From a candidate division WOR-3 bacterium (lineage in GTDB: Bacteria > Hydrothermota > Hydrothermia > LBFQ01): a stretch of DNA of 64,000 nucleotides. The stretch covers positions 4,382 through 68,381 of the forward strand of contig JALUCS010000118.1 of the NCBI GenBank assembly GCA_027050205.1, given 5' to 3'. The translations under genes and the position numbers were made by a program. Below the pieces are notes generated by a model. It saw nothing but the letters and a program-made list of their open reading frames with translations. It was not told the origin of the DNA and did no database searches. Of this stretch, positions 1-9,114 are shown one piece after another (within the stretch, counting starts at the first letter, position 1; each line of letters starts with the position of its first letter).

Positions 1-1874
1 ACCCCTCAACCTCCCCCTCAAGCCTCACCATCTCCTCGTAGGCCTTAAGGGTACCGTCCGAAAGGGAGGCGAGGTCCTTTTCATAGAAGCTATAGTACAG
101 GCTTACGCCGGCGAAGGGGCCAACTACAGGCTCTAAGATGACGGATAACTTCCCTTCGCACTCCTTTACTGTGCCTTTAGCCCTTGCATACCTCTCGTAG
201 GCCTCCCTCAACTCCTCAAGCCTTCTGTCTATCTCCTCAAGCTCACCCTTCAACCTCTTCCCTATCTCTTCAACCGTCCTCCGCAGGTCCTCAAGGGGGA
301 CATCCGCAGGCAGGTCCACTCCATCTAACCCCTCTACGGCCTCCCTGACCCTGCTGGCGAGGTTGTAGTACTCCCTCATCTTCCCATCCACCTCCTTGTA
401 CCTCTCCAGGGTCGCGGATAGCTCCTTCAGGTCCTCTCTTAGGGACTTGAGGCTCTCCTCGGTGGCCTTCAGGAGGGCTTCGGGGTCCTCTATCTCCCTA
501 CCGCACACCGGACACCTGTTCTCTCCCCGCTTGAGGGCTTCAAGCCTCTCCCTCTCGTGCTTCTCCTCCGCTTTGAGCGAGGCGATCCTCCTGCGCAGAT
601 CCTCCAGTTCCCTATCGTACTCCTCAAGGGAGGGGAGGCGGCCGAGTTTCCCCTCTATCTCCCTCTTCAGGTCCTCCATCCTCTTCAGCCAGACCCATAT
701 GTCCCTTAGCCTCTCAAGTTTCCTCTCAATTCCGTCGCGTTCCTCTTTTAGCCTCTCGTACTCCTCGTAGGCCTCCTTCGTCTCCTCACACTCCCGCCTG
801 GCACGGGCGCAGTCTCGCAGGGTTCTGACCTCCTCCGGGGTCCAGTTCACCAGGAGGGGCAGGACATCCCTAAGCTCGGAGCGGAGGGCCTCTATCCTCT
901 CCAGCCTCTTGTTCCGCTCCTCCAGGAGCCTCCTCAACCTCCCTCCTATGTTTATCAGGGCCTCCCGGTCCTCCTTGACCTCCTTCTTTCTATTCCCTAC
1001 GCCCTTCAGGTTCTCCCCCTCCTCTATCTGGACACCCATCTCGGCAAGTTCCCTCTCCAGCAGCTCTATCTGACGCTGTAAGGTCTCAAGCCGCCCCTTA
1101 AGCTCCTGCTTCCTCCTTACGGCATCATCCAGCTCTTTTTCCGTCTTTTCTAGGCGTTTTATCTCACCTTCCAGACTCTCCTTCTCCCCCTCTTTCGTCT
1201 CTATATCGCCCTCAAGGCGACGGATCTCCTCCTCTCTCCTTTCAACCTCATCCTCAAGGTCCTCCACCCTCCGCTGGAGGTCCCCTACGTCCAACGTCTT
1301 GGGGCCAACGTTTTTGAAGTGGTCGTCTATGAGGGGTAGGTCCCTTTTGATCCCATCAACCTTGCTTCCGAGTTCCTTCTCCAGGCTCTTCAGAATTTCC
1401 AGAATCTTCTTTATGTGGCTTATCTTCAGGAGGTCGTTCATTATGTCGGCCAGGTCCTTGGGGCTTCGGCTCAACTCCCCCTGCCGGATGTAGTAAAGCG
1501 TCCTGTACTCCTTCGTATCTACCGGAAGGCCTAAGAGTTTCCGGGCGGTGGTGTGGTCAATCGTTTTGCCGTTGTAGGAGACGGTGGGGTTGTTCTTCTT
1601 TCCCGTCGTCCGTATTAGGGTATGGAAAATTACGGTATCGTTCCCTTTGCTGACCTCCAACCTCACCTCGGCCATCTTTTCGCCTTTGCGCACGTTGTAG
1701 GTTATATACTTTCGGTGTTCTTTGTATTTGTCAGGGTATAAAGCAACCTCTATGGCGTCAAGGACGCTGCTTTTCCCCGCACCGTTCGGTCCGAGGATGG
1801 CGGTTATGCCGCCGAAGTCTATGCTCCGGCTCCTGTGCTTGCGGAAGTCCTTGAGGACTATCCTCCTAAGCATC
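1..1874 (-). CDS. sbcC: DNA double-strand-break repair ATPase SbcC/Rad50 family, N-terminal ~620 aa; the C-terminus lies beyond the window start
   Basis: Reverse-complement of 1722-1874 translates to MLRRIVLKDFRKHRSRSIDFGGITAILGPNGAGKSSVLDAIEVALY, with a Walker A motif GPNGAGKS. The ATG at 1874 overlaps the sbcD stop at 1866. The rest of the minus frame is E/L/K/R-rich coiled coil, which explains the low-complexity antisense + ORFs in 396-2170. It is absent from the ORF track because it runs off the window edge. Confidence 0.8.
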
Positions 1875-3293
1875 TCCCACCTCCTTTTCAAAGGCCGAAA
1901 GGATCTCATCCTTTATCTCCTCGGTCAGGGAGGTTATTTCCCTCTCCTTCTCCCCCTTTGCCTTCTTCCCCCTTATCTCCTTCAGCTCCCCTTCAAGGTC
2001 AATCAACCTCTTTATCTTCTCGTCTATCCTGCGGAGTACGGAGCCGTACTCCCCGAAGAGGGCGTACCTGTCCCCCTCCTCAAACTCCTGCCGGACCTCC
2101 TCCCTCTCCAACAGGGCCTCGTACAGGACGCGTAAGGCCGCCAACTCATCGCCCTCAAGGAGGTCTATAAGACGGGCCTGAAATCTGGCGAAGGTTTCCT
2201 CCCCCATCTCCACCTCAAGCGACAGGACGGGGGCCTTCACTCCGAGGGCTTTGAATACGTCCAGAAGTTTATTTAGGGCCTCGTTGAAGGTGTCCTCTTC
2301 GCCCTCCCGTACCCTCGCCTTCAGGAAGGGCCTGCTCGTGGGCAGGGGATGGTAGAATATCGGCTGGCGGGAGGAGTTCCAGTAATATACGGGTATATCG
2401 TCCCCTTTGACATTGGCATCCTCCGGGTCCATTAGGTTCCTCAACTGGGGAGCATCAAGGTCCAGGAACACGACTCCCTTCATTACCGCCCTCTTAAACA
2501 TCTCAAGGGCCTTCTTCCTCCCATGGGCCTTCTCCAAGTCCTCGTATATTTTCAGGAGTTCAAACACGTCCCAGGCCTCTCCCATATCCTGATACTCAAC
2601 CGAGCCGGGATTTACGAATATCCGGGGAGGCCTGACGACAAGTTTCCTCTTGTGGATGTGGCCGTTGAAGATATAGACGAAGTTATCCGGTATGTCTTCT
2701 ATACGGTAGAACTCCGGGATCCCCCAGACGTCCCCTATAGTTTGATGGGTTAAAAGCAAGGCCCTCCTGCCGTTCAGCTCCTCCGCCGCCTTGCGAAGGG
2801 TGTTGCTCAAGGAGACGAAGTTGTCCCCCTCGTCATAATAGCCCACGGCCACTATCGGCACCCTTGCCCACCCGTCTATGATCCTGTACTCCCCAGCCCT
2901 GACGATGACGAGGTCTCCCCCGTCCGTATAGAGCTTGAGGGCGGTTTCTATTACGGTAAATGGCTGGTTTTGCCTGTTGGCGTAGCGGCGGAAGTCGTGG
3001 TTCCCCTCAAGGAGTATCACCTTTATCCCGGCGTCAAGGAGGGTTTTGAGGCCGTTGATGGCGGTGTTGAGGTCGTTGAAGATGGTGGCCGACGCCCTCC
3101 CCTCAAGGAGGTCCCCAAGATGGGCGACTATGTCCGGTTTTTTCTCCAGAAACAGGTCAAGGGCGGCTTTGAAGCTCTCATATACGTCCCCTTTCCGTAC
3201 GCTGGCAATGTCCTTCTCCTTCGTCCTCCATCCCCTACCCCCACGGTAGAGGGTCGCACCGAGGTGGGTATCCGTGAAGAAGCCGATCCTCAT
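1866..3293 (-). CDS. sbcD: Exonuclease SbcD / Mre11-family calcineurin-like phosphoesterase
   Basis: The ORF track frame is 1866-3386. The true start is probably the internal Met of MRIGFFTDTHLG, a metallophosphatase motif I (D-x-H), at 3293. Motif GNHD is also present. The gene is followed directly by sbcC. Confidence 0.85.
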   Translation of the reverse strand: MRIGFFTDTHLGATLYRGGRGWRTKEKDIASVRKGDVYESFKAALDLFLEKKPDIVAHLGDLLEGRASATIFNDLNTAINGLKTLLDAGIKVILLEGNHDFRRYANRQNQPFTVIETALKLYTDGGDLVIVRAGEYRIIDGWARVPIVAVGYYDEGDNFVSLSNTLRKAAEELNGRRALLLTHQTIGDVWGIPEFYRIEDIPDNFVYIFNGHIHKRKLVVRPPRIFVNPGSVEYQDMGEAWDVFELLKIYEDLEKAHGRKKALEMFKRAVMKGVVFLDLDAPQLRNLMDPEDANVKGDDIPVYYWNSSRQPIFYHPLPTSRPFLKARVREGEEDTFNEALNKLLDVFKALGVKAPVLSLEVEMGEETFARFQARLIDLLEGDELAALRVLYEALLEREEVRQEFEEGDRYALFGEYGSVLRRIDEKIKRLIDLEGELKEIRGKKAKGEKEREITSLTEEIKDEILSAFEKEVGDA

Positions 3294-3338
3294 TCTGCCG
3301 GCAATTGTAGAGTGGTCGCAGGAGGGGGGTAGCAGGGA

Positions 3339-3360
3339 TTTGAACGCTCCGGCGTTCAAA
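3339..3360. promoter_or_regulatory. 22-bp palindrome TTTGAACGctccggCGTTCAAA, a candidate operator shared by the divergent sbcDC and 3404 genes
   Basis: Perfect inverted repeat read in the sequence. It lies 46 nt upstream of the sbcD start (3293, minus strand) and 44 nt upstream of the ATG at 3404. The same motif recurs at 6936 and 9051. Confidence 0.55.
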
Positions 3361-3403
3361 ATTCCGCTCTGGTGGGGAGGCCCCAACGTAGTATATCCAC
3401 CTT

Positions 3404-3865
3404 ATGATTATGATGTTCAACTTCATCCTTGCGCAGGTGCCGGCTTACGGGGGGCAGCAGCCTTACCCCCAGTACCCACAGCTCCGGCAACCCTACCCGC
3501 AGCCCTATCCGCAACAGCCCTACTATCCTTCCCAGTCGTACGTGGGAGACCCGAACGTGGCCTGTAAGTTGGGGGAGTTGGTTGGTGAGAAATACACCGA
3601 GAACGAGCAGACGACTTGGTACCTCCTCGGATGCCTCGGAGGTTTCTGTCTCGGTCCCTTCGGCTACGTCGTCCCCCTATTCGTGAGCGAACCTTCCCCC
3701 AAGAGCGTCCTACCCATAACCATGCCGCCCGTTGCCCTTCAGAGCTACGAGAGGTGCTATAGGGAGACGGGAAAGAAGAAGATGAGGGAGTACGCCTTCT
3801 GGGGCGTGACGACGGGTTGCCTCGCCAGTATCCCCATATCGCTGATGATTACGTCCGGGAGGTAA
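3404..3865 (+). CDS. Hypothetical protein with a Pro/Gln/Tyr-rich N-terminus (PYPQ-like repeats) and C-terminal hydrophobic segments
   Basis: 153-aa ORF divergent from sbcD. The repeat PYPQYPQLRQPYPQPYPQQPYYPSQ is followed by predicted TM helices (WYLLGCLGGFCLGPFGYVVPLF). No recognised family. Confidence 0.5.
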   Translation: MIMMFNFILAQVPAYGGQQPYPQYPQLRQPYPQPYPQQPYYPSQSYVGDPNVACKLGELVGEKYTENEQTTWYLLGCLGGFCLGPFGYVVPLFVSEPSPKSVLPITMPPVALQSYERCYRETGKKKMREYAFWGVTTGCLASIPISLMITSGR

Positions 3866-3870
3866 GGGGT

Positions 3871-4770
3871 ATGAGGAAACACAGTCCTGCCTTCCCGAAG
3901 CTCCTCTGGGGTGGCTATATCCCCTGTAGGAGGGTGGAGTACAGGGGGGAGTGGTGGTACCAAAGCCTTAGGGAGGTGGCAAAACGCCTTGAGTCGGGGC
4001 GTTATGAGGATATGGCGGAGCTGGCGGAAAAGTACGGCATAAGCTTGGGATGGCTTTGGTACCATCATAAGAGCCACAGGGAACAAGCTGAAGCCCTGAA
4101 GGAAAGGATAAAGAGATGGCTTAACGAGGAGGTCAGGTGGAGGGTACCGGAGATTGAGAACATCGCCGCAGAGGAGATAAATCTCCGGAAACTTATGGAT
4201 TTCCGCCGGATGTGGCTCCCTCCGGTGCAGGAGTACATCCTTGCTGAAGATTACACCGGCCTAACATACGATGTGTCCGTTAATCATGAGGAAACCTTCA
4301 CCGTTGAGTCAAGGGATGGCCTCCCTTACCTAACCTACAAGTTCGCAGCCGAGGCCTACGTCCAATACTACGAAGAAGAGGCCGATTACTGCGAAGGGGA
4401 AGAGGGCAAGATCCGCATCGGGTACGAATGCCCCTTGTGGAATGGCCTCCTCCCCGAAGGGATAAACTACAGGGAGACGTGGAAGGTTAAAGGTTCCGTC
4501 TTTCTTATGGAGGACGAAGACCTATACGAGGGAATAGATATAGACGATATCGCAGACCTTCAGGCGAGCGTTGAGATCGTCAAGGGGGACGAGAGGATTG
4601 TGGAGACGTTGGAAGGTCCCCTTCGGCTGGCGCGAAGGACGGATAGCTTCCCCCTCCTTGAGATGGCCAAACTACCAGAGGAAAGGCGTCGCCTCCGCCT
4701 GATGCTCACCTACCTCCTCCTCTCCTCCGCCCCCCTAAGGTACGCCATCCAGAAGGCGAAGGCCCGTTAG
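3871..4770 (+). CDS. Hypothetical protein (~299 aa), no recognisable domain
   Basis: ORF track frame 3817-4770. The internal ATG at 3871 is preceded by AAGGGG and begins 6 nt after the stop of the previous gene. The 3' end overlaps the convergent 4767-6278 gene. Confidence 0.5.
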   Translation: MRKHSPAFPKLLWGGYIPCRRVEYRGEWWYQSLREVAKRLESGRYEDMAELAEKYGISLGWLWYHHKSHREQAEALKERIKRWLNEEVRWRVPEIENIAAEEINLRKLMDFRRMWLPPVQEYILAEDYTGLTYDVSVNHEETFTVESRDGLPYLTYKFAAEAYVQYYEEEADYCEGEEGKIRIGYECPLWNGLLPEGINYRETWKVKGSVFLMEDEDLYEGIDIDDIADLQASVEIVKGDERIVETLEGPLRLARRTDSFPLLEMAKLPEERRRLRLMLTYLLLSSAPLRYAIQKAKAR

Positions 4771-6278
4771 ACGCCGCACCCCAGAATCTTCATCGCCCTC
4801 TCCCACTCCTTCTCCGTCAGTAGGTCCGGACCTACGCTCTTTTCCTTCAGGAACTTGAGGTACTCCTTACGCAGTTTCCCCATCCACTCCCTCAAAGGAT
4901 CCGCCCATTCGCCCTCGTTCTCAAGGCATCTACCGTAGCGGGCGCACATATCAAGGTTGTTGAAGATGGGGTTGAGGGGTCCTTTGGCTCTGGAGATGTA
5001 CGTCCTTAGGTTCTCCCTAAACTTATCCTTATTTTTCATCTCTTCCTTGAGGGCTTCCACAAGAGGGTCTATAGAGATCAGGATGTTGAATATCTTTTCG
5101 TTGGATCTGCCGTAGCGATCGTCAAACGAGAAGGGAGGTTTGTCCGTCCTTATGAAAAACGCCGGATCCGGTCCCTTGTGGAAATCCCCGTCTCTGGAGA
5201 AGAAGGAGGCGATCACATAAGCGGCCACCTTCTCGTATATTTCCCTCCAGTTTTTCAAATCCTGACTTTTCGCCGGCCTGCTTCCCTTCATAAGGGTGAC
5301 TTTGCCGTTGTAGTTGAAGTTGAGCCACAGGTTGTCTCTCAAGAAAGCCTTCGCGATGAGGAAGATCTGCCACGCTACCGGGCAGTCGTAGATCTCCTTC
5401 CACCCGGTGTCCCTTAGGGCTTCTATTGAGGAATCTTTCCACTTCTTGTGGATCGCATCGTAGCACTCCGGCCAAAGTTTCTTAAAAATATTTTTCTCCT
5501 CGGTCCCATCCTTTGCGGTTCCCTTCTGGTCCCCATCCCCTCCGCCTCTTTTGATCTTAAGCCTCTCCTCCACGATTTCTCTCAAATCCTCGGCCCCAAA
5601 GCCGTTGAAGTCGGCGTAGAGGTATAGGGTTAGGAGGGTCGTATCGTCCGGAAAACCCTTGGCATTCTCGTACAGCCTTATAAATTTACTTCGCCTCGCC
5701 TCATTGTCCTCCTCGGTGTATATCTCGTAAAGGTCGCAGAGGTCCAGCCATCCCCTGTACGCGTAGAAACCGAGGCTACGCTTCAGGGAACCGGTTTCCT
5801 TAACTTTCTCCCACCGCCTGCTGCGTAGGGCCTTACAGATAGACTCAAACTTCGGGAAGTTGCCGGACAGGAGAGCAGGTAGGCTGGAGTGCTTTAAGAT
5901 CCCCTTGCAGCAATCGGGGACGATGCCAGCCCTTTCAAAGAGGACGCACAGGAACTTTTTCTGAAGCGGGCCAGCAGTGTATTTGAGGACGTGCCGAATC
6001 CCTTGAATGGGGCGGGATACGTTGGCCATTATGTAATCCTTGAGGATGGGGCTGTCAAGAATTGTTAGGACGTCCGACAGGTGTTCCTTTACCTCTTCGG
6101 AGGAGCCTGCAACGAAGAGCCAGGCCATAAAGGCGTCAATCTTGGCGTAGTCCCTTGAGGATAGAGGGGGTTTAAGGTTCTTGAGATCTTCAAGGTAGCG
6201 GGTATCAAAGGGAACGGTCTCAATATCTACCTCTACAGAGGGGGCAACTCGTATATAAAACGCATTATCTCTGGCCAT
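4767..6278 (-). CDS. Hypothetical protein, 503 aa, no recognisable domain
   Basis: Long ORF with protein-like composition (K/E/L/F/Y/W-rich). The antisense ORFs in 5122-5475 have junk composition. I recognised no motifs. Confidence 0.6.
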   Translation of the reverse strand: MARDNAFYIRVAPSVEVDIETVPFDTRYLEDLKNLKPPLSSRDYAKIDAFMAWLFVAGSSEEVKEHLSDVLTILDSPILKDYIMANVSRPIQGIRHVLKYTAGPLQKKFLCVLFERAGIVPDCCKGILKHSSLPALLSGNFPKFESICKALRSRRWEKVKETGSLKRSLGFYAYRGWLDLCDLYEIYTEEDNEARRSKFIRLYENAKGFPDDTTLLTLYLYADFNGFGAEDLREIVEERLKIKRGGGDGDQKGTAKDGTEEKNIFKKLWPECYDAIHKKWKDSSIEALRDTGWKEIYDCPVAWQIFLIAKAFLRDNLWLNFNYNGKVTLMKGSRPAKSQDLKNWREIYEKVAAYVIASFFSRDGDFHKGPDPAFFIRTDKPPFSFDDRYGRSNEKIFNILISIDPLVEALKEEMKNKDKFRENLRTYISRAKGPLNPIFNNLDMCARYGRCLENEGEWADPLREWMGKLRKEYLKFLKEKSVGPDLLTEKEWERAMKILGCGV

Positions 6279-6314
6279 ATCTGTCCTCCTTTTCCGGTAT
6301 TATATCCCCGTACC

Positions 6315-6893
6315 TTAGGGTACAAGACCGCCGTCCCCGTAGAGTAGGGCCGTATCTCCCAAGGCGAACAGGATGCGATGGACGGAGAGGCTGCCGCTCC
6401 TTAGTCGCTTGAACCACCTCTCAACGGCGTAGGGACCTCTGTGCCGGAGTTCCCTGACGCACCACCGGTATGGCCAACGCCACCACCACTCGTCCCACCA
6501 CTCCCAATTTACCCAGTAGTAGGGTCCGAAGGGAGGGGCGAAGATCACGGGGTAGTGGTCCGAGACGACCACAAGGTGCCTGTGGGAGAAGTTGTCGCAC
6601 CCGTCCAGCCACTCCAAGATATGCTCACAGGCCCCAAGTACGTAGGAGTAGGAATCCATCCTCTTGGCCGGTAGGAAGACGAGATTGACGGGAAAGCATC
6701 CGGCAGGCTTTCCGGGGTACATGTTTATGATGGGCTTACCGCTGCCGGCTCTGTCCTCCCCCTTAAGGATGGAGCCGACGAGGTCGTTAAGGTCCCGAAC
6801 CTCCTTTAAGATGCGCAGTATTCGGCGGACCTCCTCAAGACCCGCCTCTATCAGCCTCTCATCTTCCCTGGGTTCGTTGGGTCTCTCCATCAT
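6315..6893 (-). CDS. Hypothetical protein with an unusual Trp-rich segment (WVNWEWWDEWWWRWPYRW)
   Basis: ORF track frame 6315-6956. The start at MMERP (6893) is preferred because the palindromic operator at 6936-6957 then falls in the intergenic region. No family recognised. Confidence 0.5.
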   Translation of the reverse strand: MMERPNEPREDERLIEAGLEEVRRILRILKEVRDLNDLVGSILKGEDRAGSGKPIINMYPGKPAGCFPVNLVFLPAKRMDSYSYVLGACEHILEWLDGCDNFSHRHLVVVSDHYPVIFAPPFGPYYWVNWEWWDEWWWRWPYRWCVRELRHRGPYAVERWFKRLRSGSLSVHRILFALGDTALLYGDGGLVP

Positions 6894-6935
6894 AGGGGGA
6901 CACTGTAAGGGGGGAAGGTACCCGCCGGACGAGGG

Positions 6936-6957
6936 TTTGAACGCTTGGGCGTTCAAA
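6936..6957. promoter_or_regulatory. 22-bp palindrome TTTGAACGcttgggCGTTCAAA, second copy of the candidate operator
   Basis: Perfect inverted repeat between the divergent 6315-6893(-) and 6966-7574(+) genes. It is immediately followed by GGAGGGG and then the ATG at 6966. Confidence 0.55.
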
Positions 6958-6965
6958 GGAGGGGT

Positions 6966-7574
6966 ATGTTTTGTATTGCAGGGGTTATAATAGTCGCTAT
7001 GGCTACACTTAAAGCGAAGATACGGGACGGAAGGTTAGATATGGAGTTGGAACGACGTTCCTTTGATGAGGATAGGGGGATCAGGAGACTCTTCAAGGAG
7101 GAATTCCGCGGAGGCAGGGATAGGGATTACATCCTGTACGTTGAGGATAGATATACAAGGGAGGACCGGAAGGAGGTCCTTAAGGTTGAGATAGGAAAGT
7201 ATGCTGGGTCCAATGAGGATTTCCCACATTTTTTGACAAAAACGGATTTTCTAAGAAAAGTTGATAAAAATTTTTCATTAGAGGACTTTGGAAACGGTTT
7301 CTGTGTTATAGTTGCGAAAGATGACAAAAATTATATAGTAATTTCTGTAAAGATCGTTGATGTTCAAAAATACACGTTCGCCTTCTTCGGGAGTATTGAG
7401 GAGGACCTTACCTTTCCACCCAACAGCATATTGGGGATAATGTCCTCCCAGGACGCCAGCGTAGGGCCACTTCTGTGGTTGTACGAGGATGTGGTATCGG
7501 ATATTATCCGGGACTTAAAATATATGGGGTTCTGTGTTAGAACTTCTAAAGGTTGTAATAGTGGGCGTTTTTGA
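6966..7574 (+). CDS. Hypothetical protein (~202 aa) beginning MFCIAGV; a possible N-terminal-nucleophile (Cys) hydrolase fold, very tentative
   Basis: ORF track frame 6945 (TTG)-7574. The ATG at 6966 has a GGAGGGG RBS. An internal AT-rich patch at 7200-7400 contrasts with the flanking GC content. Confidence 0.5.
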   Translation: MFCIAGVIIVAMATLKAKIRDGRLDMELERRSFDEDRGIRRLFKEEFRGGRDRDYILYVEDRYTREDRKEVLKVEIGKYAGSNEDFPHFLTKTDFLRKVDKNFSLEDFGNGFCVIVAKDDKNYIVISVKIVDVQKYTFAFFGSIEEDLTFPPNSILGIMSSQDASVGPLLWLYEDVVSDIIRDLKYMGFCVRTSKGCNSGRF

Positions 7575-7707
7575 TTTGAATAAACTTACCTCCCGTCCCT
7601 CCACCAGGGCGAGGCCTTCGTCTCCGGGGTCGCCATAAGGTACCCGATAATCGTAAAGGTAGGGGCGTAGGGGATAGGAGACGGCCTTACAATATCGGTA
7701 CAAGGGT

Positions 7708-8112
7708 ATGGGAAACGCTATCGTAGAGGCTATGATGCTATTGCTCGGTCTGGAGGACCCTACGGTGAAGTCTCCCCTCCTCAAGGCACCCCAACCGGGC
7801 CAACCCAATGGAGCCATCCCCCAGATAAAACGCACCATAACACGTATCATCAAAGAGGGAGGATATAAGGAGATATACGTAGGGCTGGCATCCTTCTCGG
7901 ATATAGGGGGGTACGACAGCGGCAAGAACTTGGGAGAGTTTGAGGTGGGAAGTGTGGTATATAGGACGAAGAACTGGCCGTACGCCCGTCGTGTTGAAAA
8001 GGCCATCATCCAGCACTACCAAAAGAAGGGTATCGTTAAGGTACTAAGCGACGAGGGAAGTTCCCGGAGAAAGGGGGAACCACCCTACTACGTCTTCGTG
8101 GTGTTTAGGTAA
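7708..8112 (+). CDS. Hypothetical protein (134 aa); possible GIY-YIG-like nuclease motifs (YKEIYVG ... RRVEKAIIQHY), tentative
   Basis: Protein-like composition. A stem-loop terminator follows directly at 8113-8133. The overlapping minus-strand ORFs (7515-8009, 7738-8022) are S/P-rich junk. Confidence 0.45.
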   Translation: MGNAIVEAMMLLLGLEDPTVKSPLLKAPQPGQPNGAIPQIKRTITRIIKEGGYKEIYVGLASFSDIGGYDSGKNLGEFEVGSVVYRTKNWPYARRVEKAIIQHYQKKGIVKVLSDEGSSRRKGEPPYYVFVVFR

Positions 8113-8133
8113 AGGGGAGTTCCTCCCCTTTCC
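8113..8133 (+). terminator. Intrinsic terminator-like hairpin AGGGGAG-ttc-CTCCCCT followed by TTCCCC
   Basis: 7-bp perfect stem starting directly after the TAA stop of the 7708-8112 gene. Confidence 0.4.
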
Positions 8134-8183
8134 CCGCCAGCATCCATATCAGGTCATCTTAGCGACATCTTTAGAATCTCGTT

Positions 8184-9020
8184 ATGGCAACTCCCATCCG
8201 CGACATCGTCTTGGACATAGAAACCATCGGGGCAGAGTTGACCTATAAGGAATGGGAGTACCTGACCAAGAGGAAGGAGTCCCTCCCCGAAGAGGAGTGG
8301 GCGGAGTACGAAGATAAAGTAAAGAAGCAGATAGCCCTATGGGGGCTGACCGGCCATGTGGTGAGTGTAGCGATAGGGATAGTGGAGAGGACGGACGGCA
8401 ACGGTGGTGTTAAGTTCGTTGAGGGTAAGGTGCTTTATCTATCCGACGAGGATGACCCTCCGGGTGGGTCGTGGCCGAAGTCTAAGCTTATGAAGTTAGG
8501 TAGGGGGAAATATGCCGGGACGTTCCCCGTTAAGCTTAAGAAGTTCGGCATAGAGGAGGGGGTAGAGGAGGCGGAGAGGCGGCTGATCTCCGAGGTCTGG
8601 GAGATAGTAGGGGGAGAGGGGGAGCAGGAAGGGAGAAAGGAAGGAAGACTCGTGACGTACAACGGACGGAGGTTTGACATCCCCTTCCTTATGCTCCGCT
8701 CTCTCGTCCTTGAGGTCCCCATAAGCAAATATCACCTCAAGAGTCGTTACGACTACGCCAACCACTTGGATGTGATGGACGTCCTCTCCCTCCATGGCCT
8801 GAACAGGTTTGCCTCCCTTGACTTCGTAAGCCGCCGCCTTGGGATCCCCACGCCCAAGGGTGATATGGACGGAAGTAAGGTTGAGGAGTATTTCAAGGAG
8901 GGGAGATACGACGACATAGCCCTCTACAACCTACAGGACGTCTACGCCACCTTCCTGGTCTACGAGCGTCTCATCCGTATCTTTGGCCCGATGATAGACA
9001 AAGCACAAAATCCAAGGTAG
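8184..9020 (+). CDS. Predicted 3'-5' exonuclease, RNase H-like fold (PolB exonuclease-domain-like, YprB/COG3298-type)
   Basis: N-terminal Exo I motif IVLDIETIG. Later acidic motifs (YNGRRFDIPFL, YNLQDVYATF) fit the DEDDy architecture. Confidence 0.65.
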   Translation: MATPIRDIVLDIETIGAELTYKEWEYLTKRKESLPEEEWAEYEDKVKKQIALWGLTGHVVSVAIGIVERTDGNGGVKFVEGKVLYLSDEDDPPGGSWPKSKLMKLGRGKYAGTFPVKLKKFGIEEGVEEAERRLISEVWEIVGGEGEQEGRKEGRLVTYNGRRFDIPFLMLRSLVLEVPISKYHLKSRYDYANHLDVMDVLSLHGLNRFASLDFVSRRLGIPTPKGDMDGSKVEEYFKEGRYDDIALYNLQDVYATFLVYERLIRIFGPMIDKAQNPR

Positions 9021-9050
9021 GGAAATTGGGAAAATCGCAGATAAACCCCA

Positions 9051-9072
9051 TTTGAACGCCTAACCGTTCAAA
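9051..9072. promoter_or_regulatory. 22-bp palindrome TTTGAACGcctaacCGTTCAAA, third copy of the candidate operator
   Basis: Same half-sites, with N6 spacer cctaac. It lies 43 nt upstream of the ATG at 9115. Confidence 0.5.
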
Positions 9073-9114
9073 AAAACTCTTCAATTACGCAACACCTCTG
9101 CATAATATTGCCCT

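Noticed and set aside
396-2170. Plus-strand ORFs 396-770, 1299-1493, 1722-2135 and 1835-2170
   Set aside because: They are low-complexity S/L/R/P-rich translations antisense to the sbcC coiled-coil gene and the sbcD 3' end. The minus frame gives a clean SbcC N-terminus with a Walker A motif.
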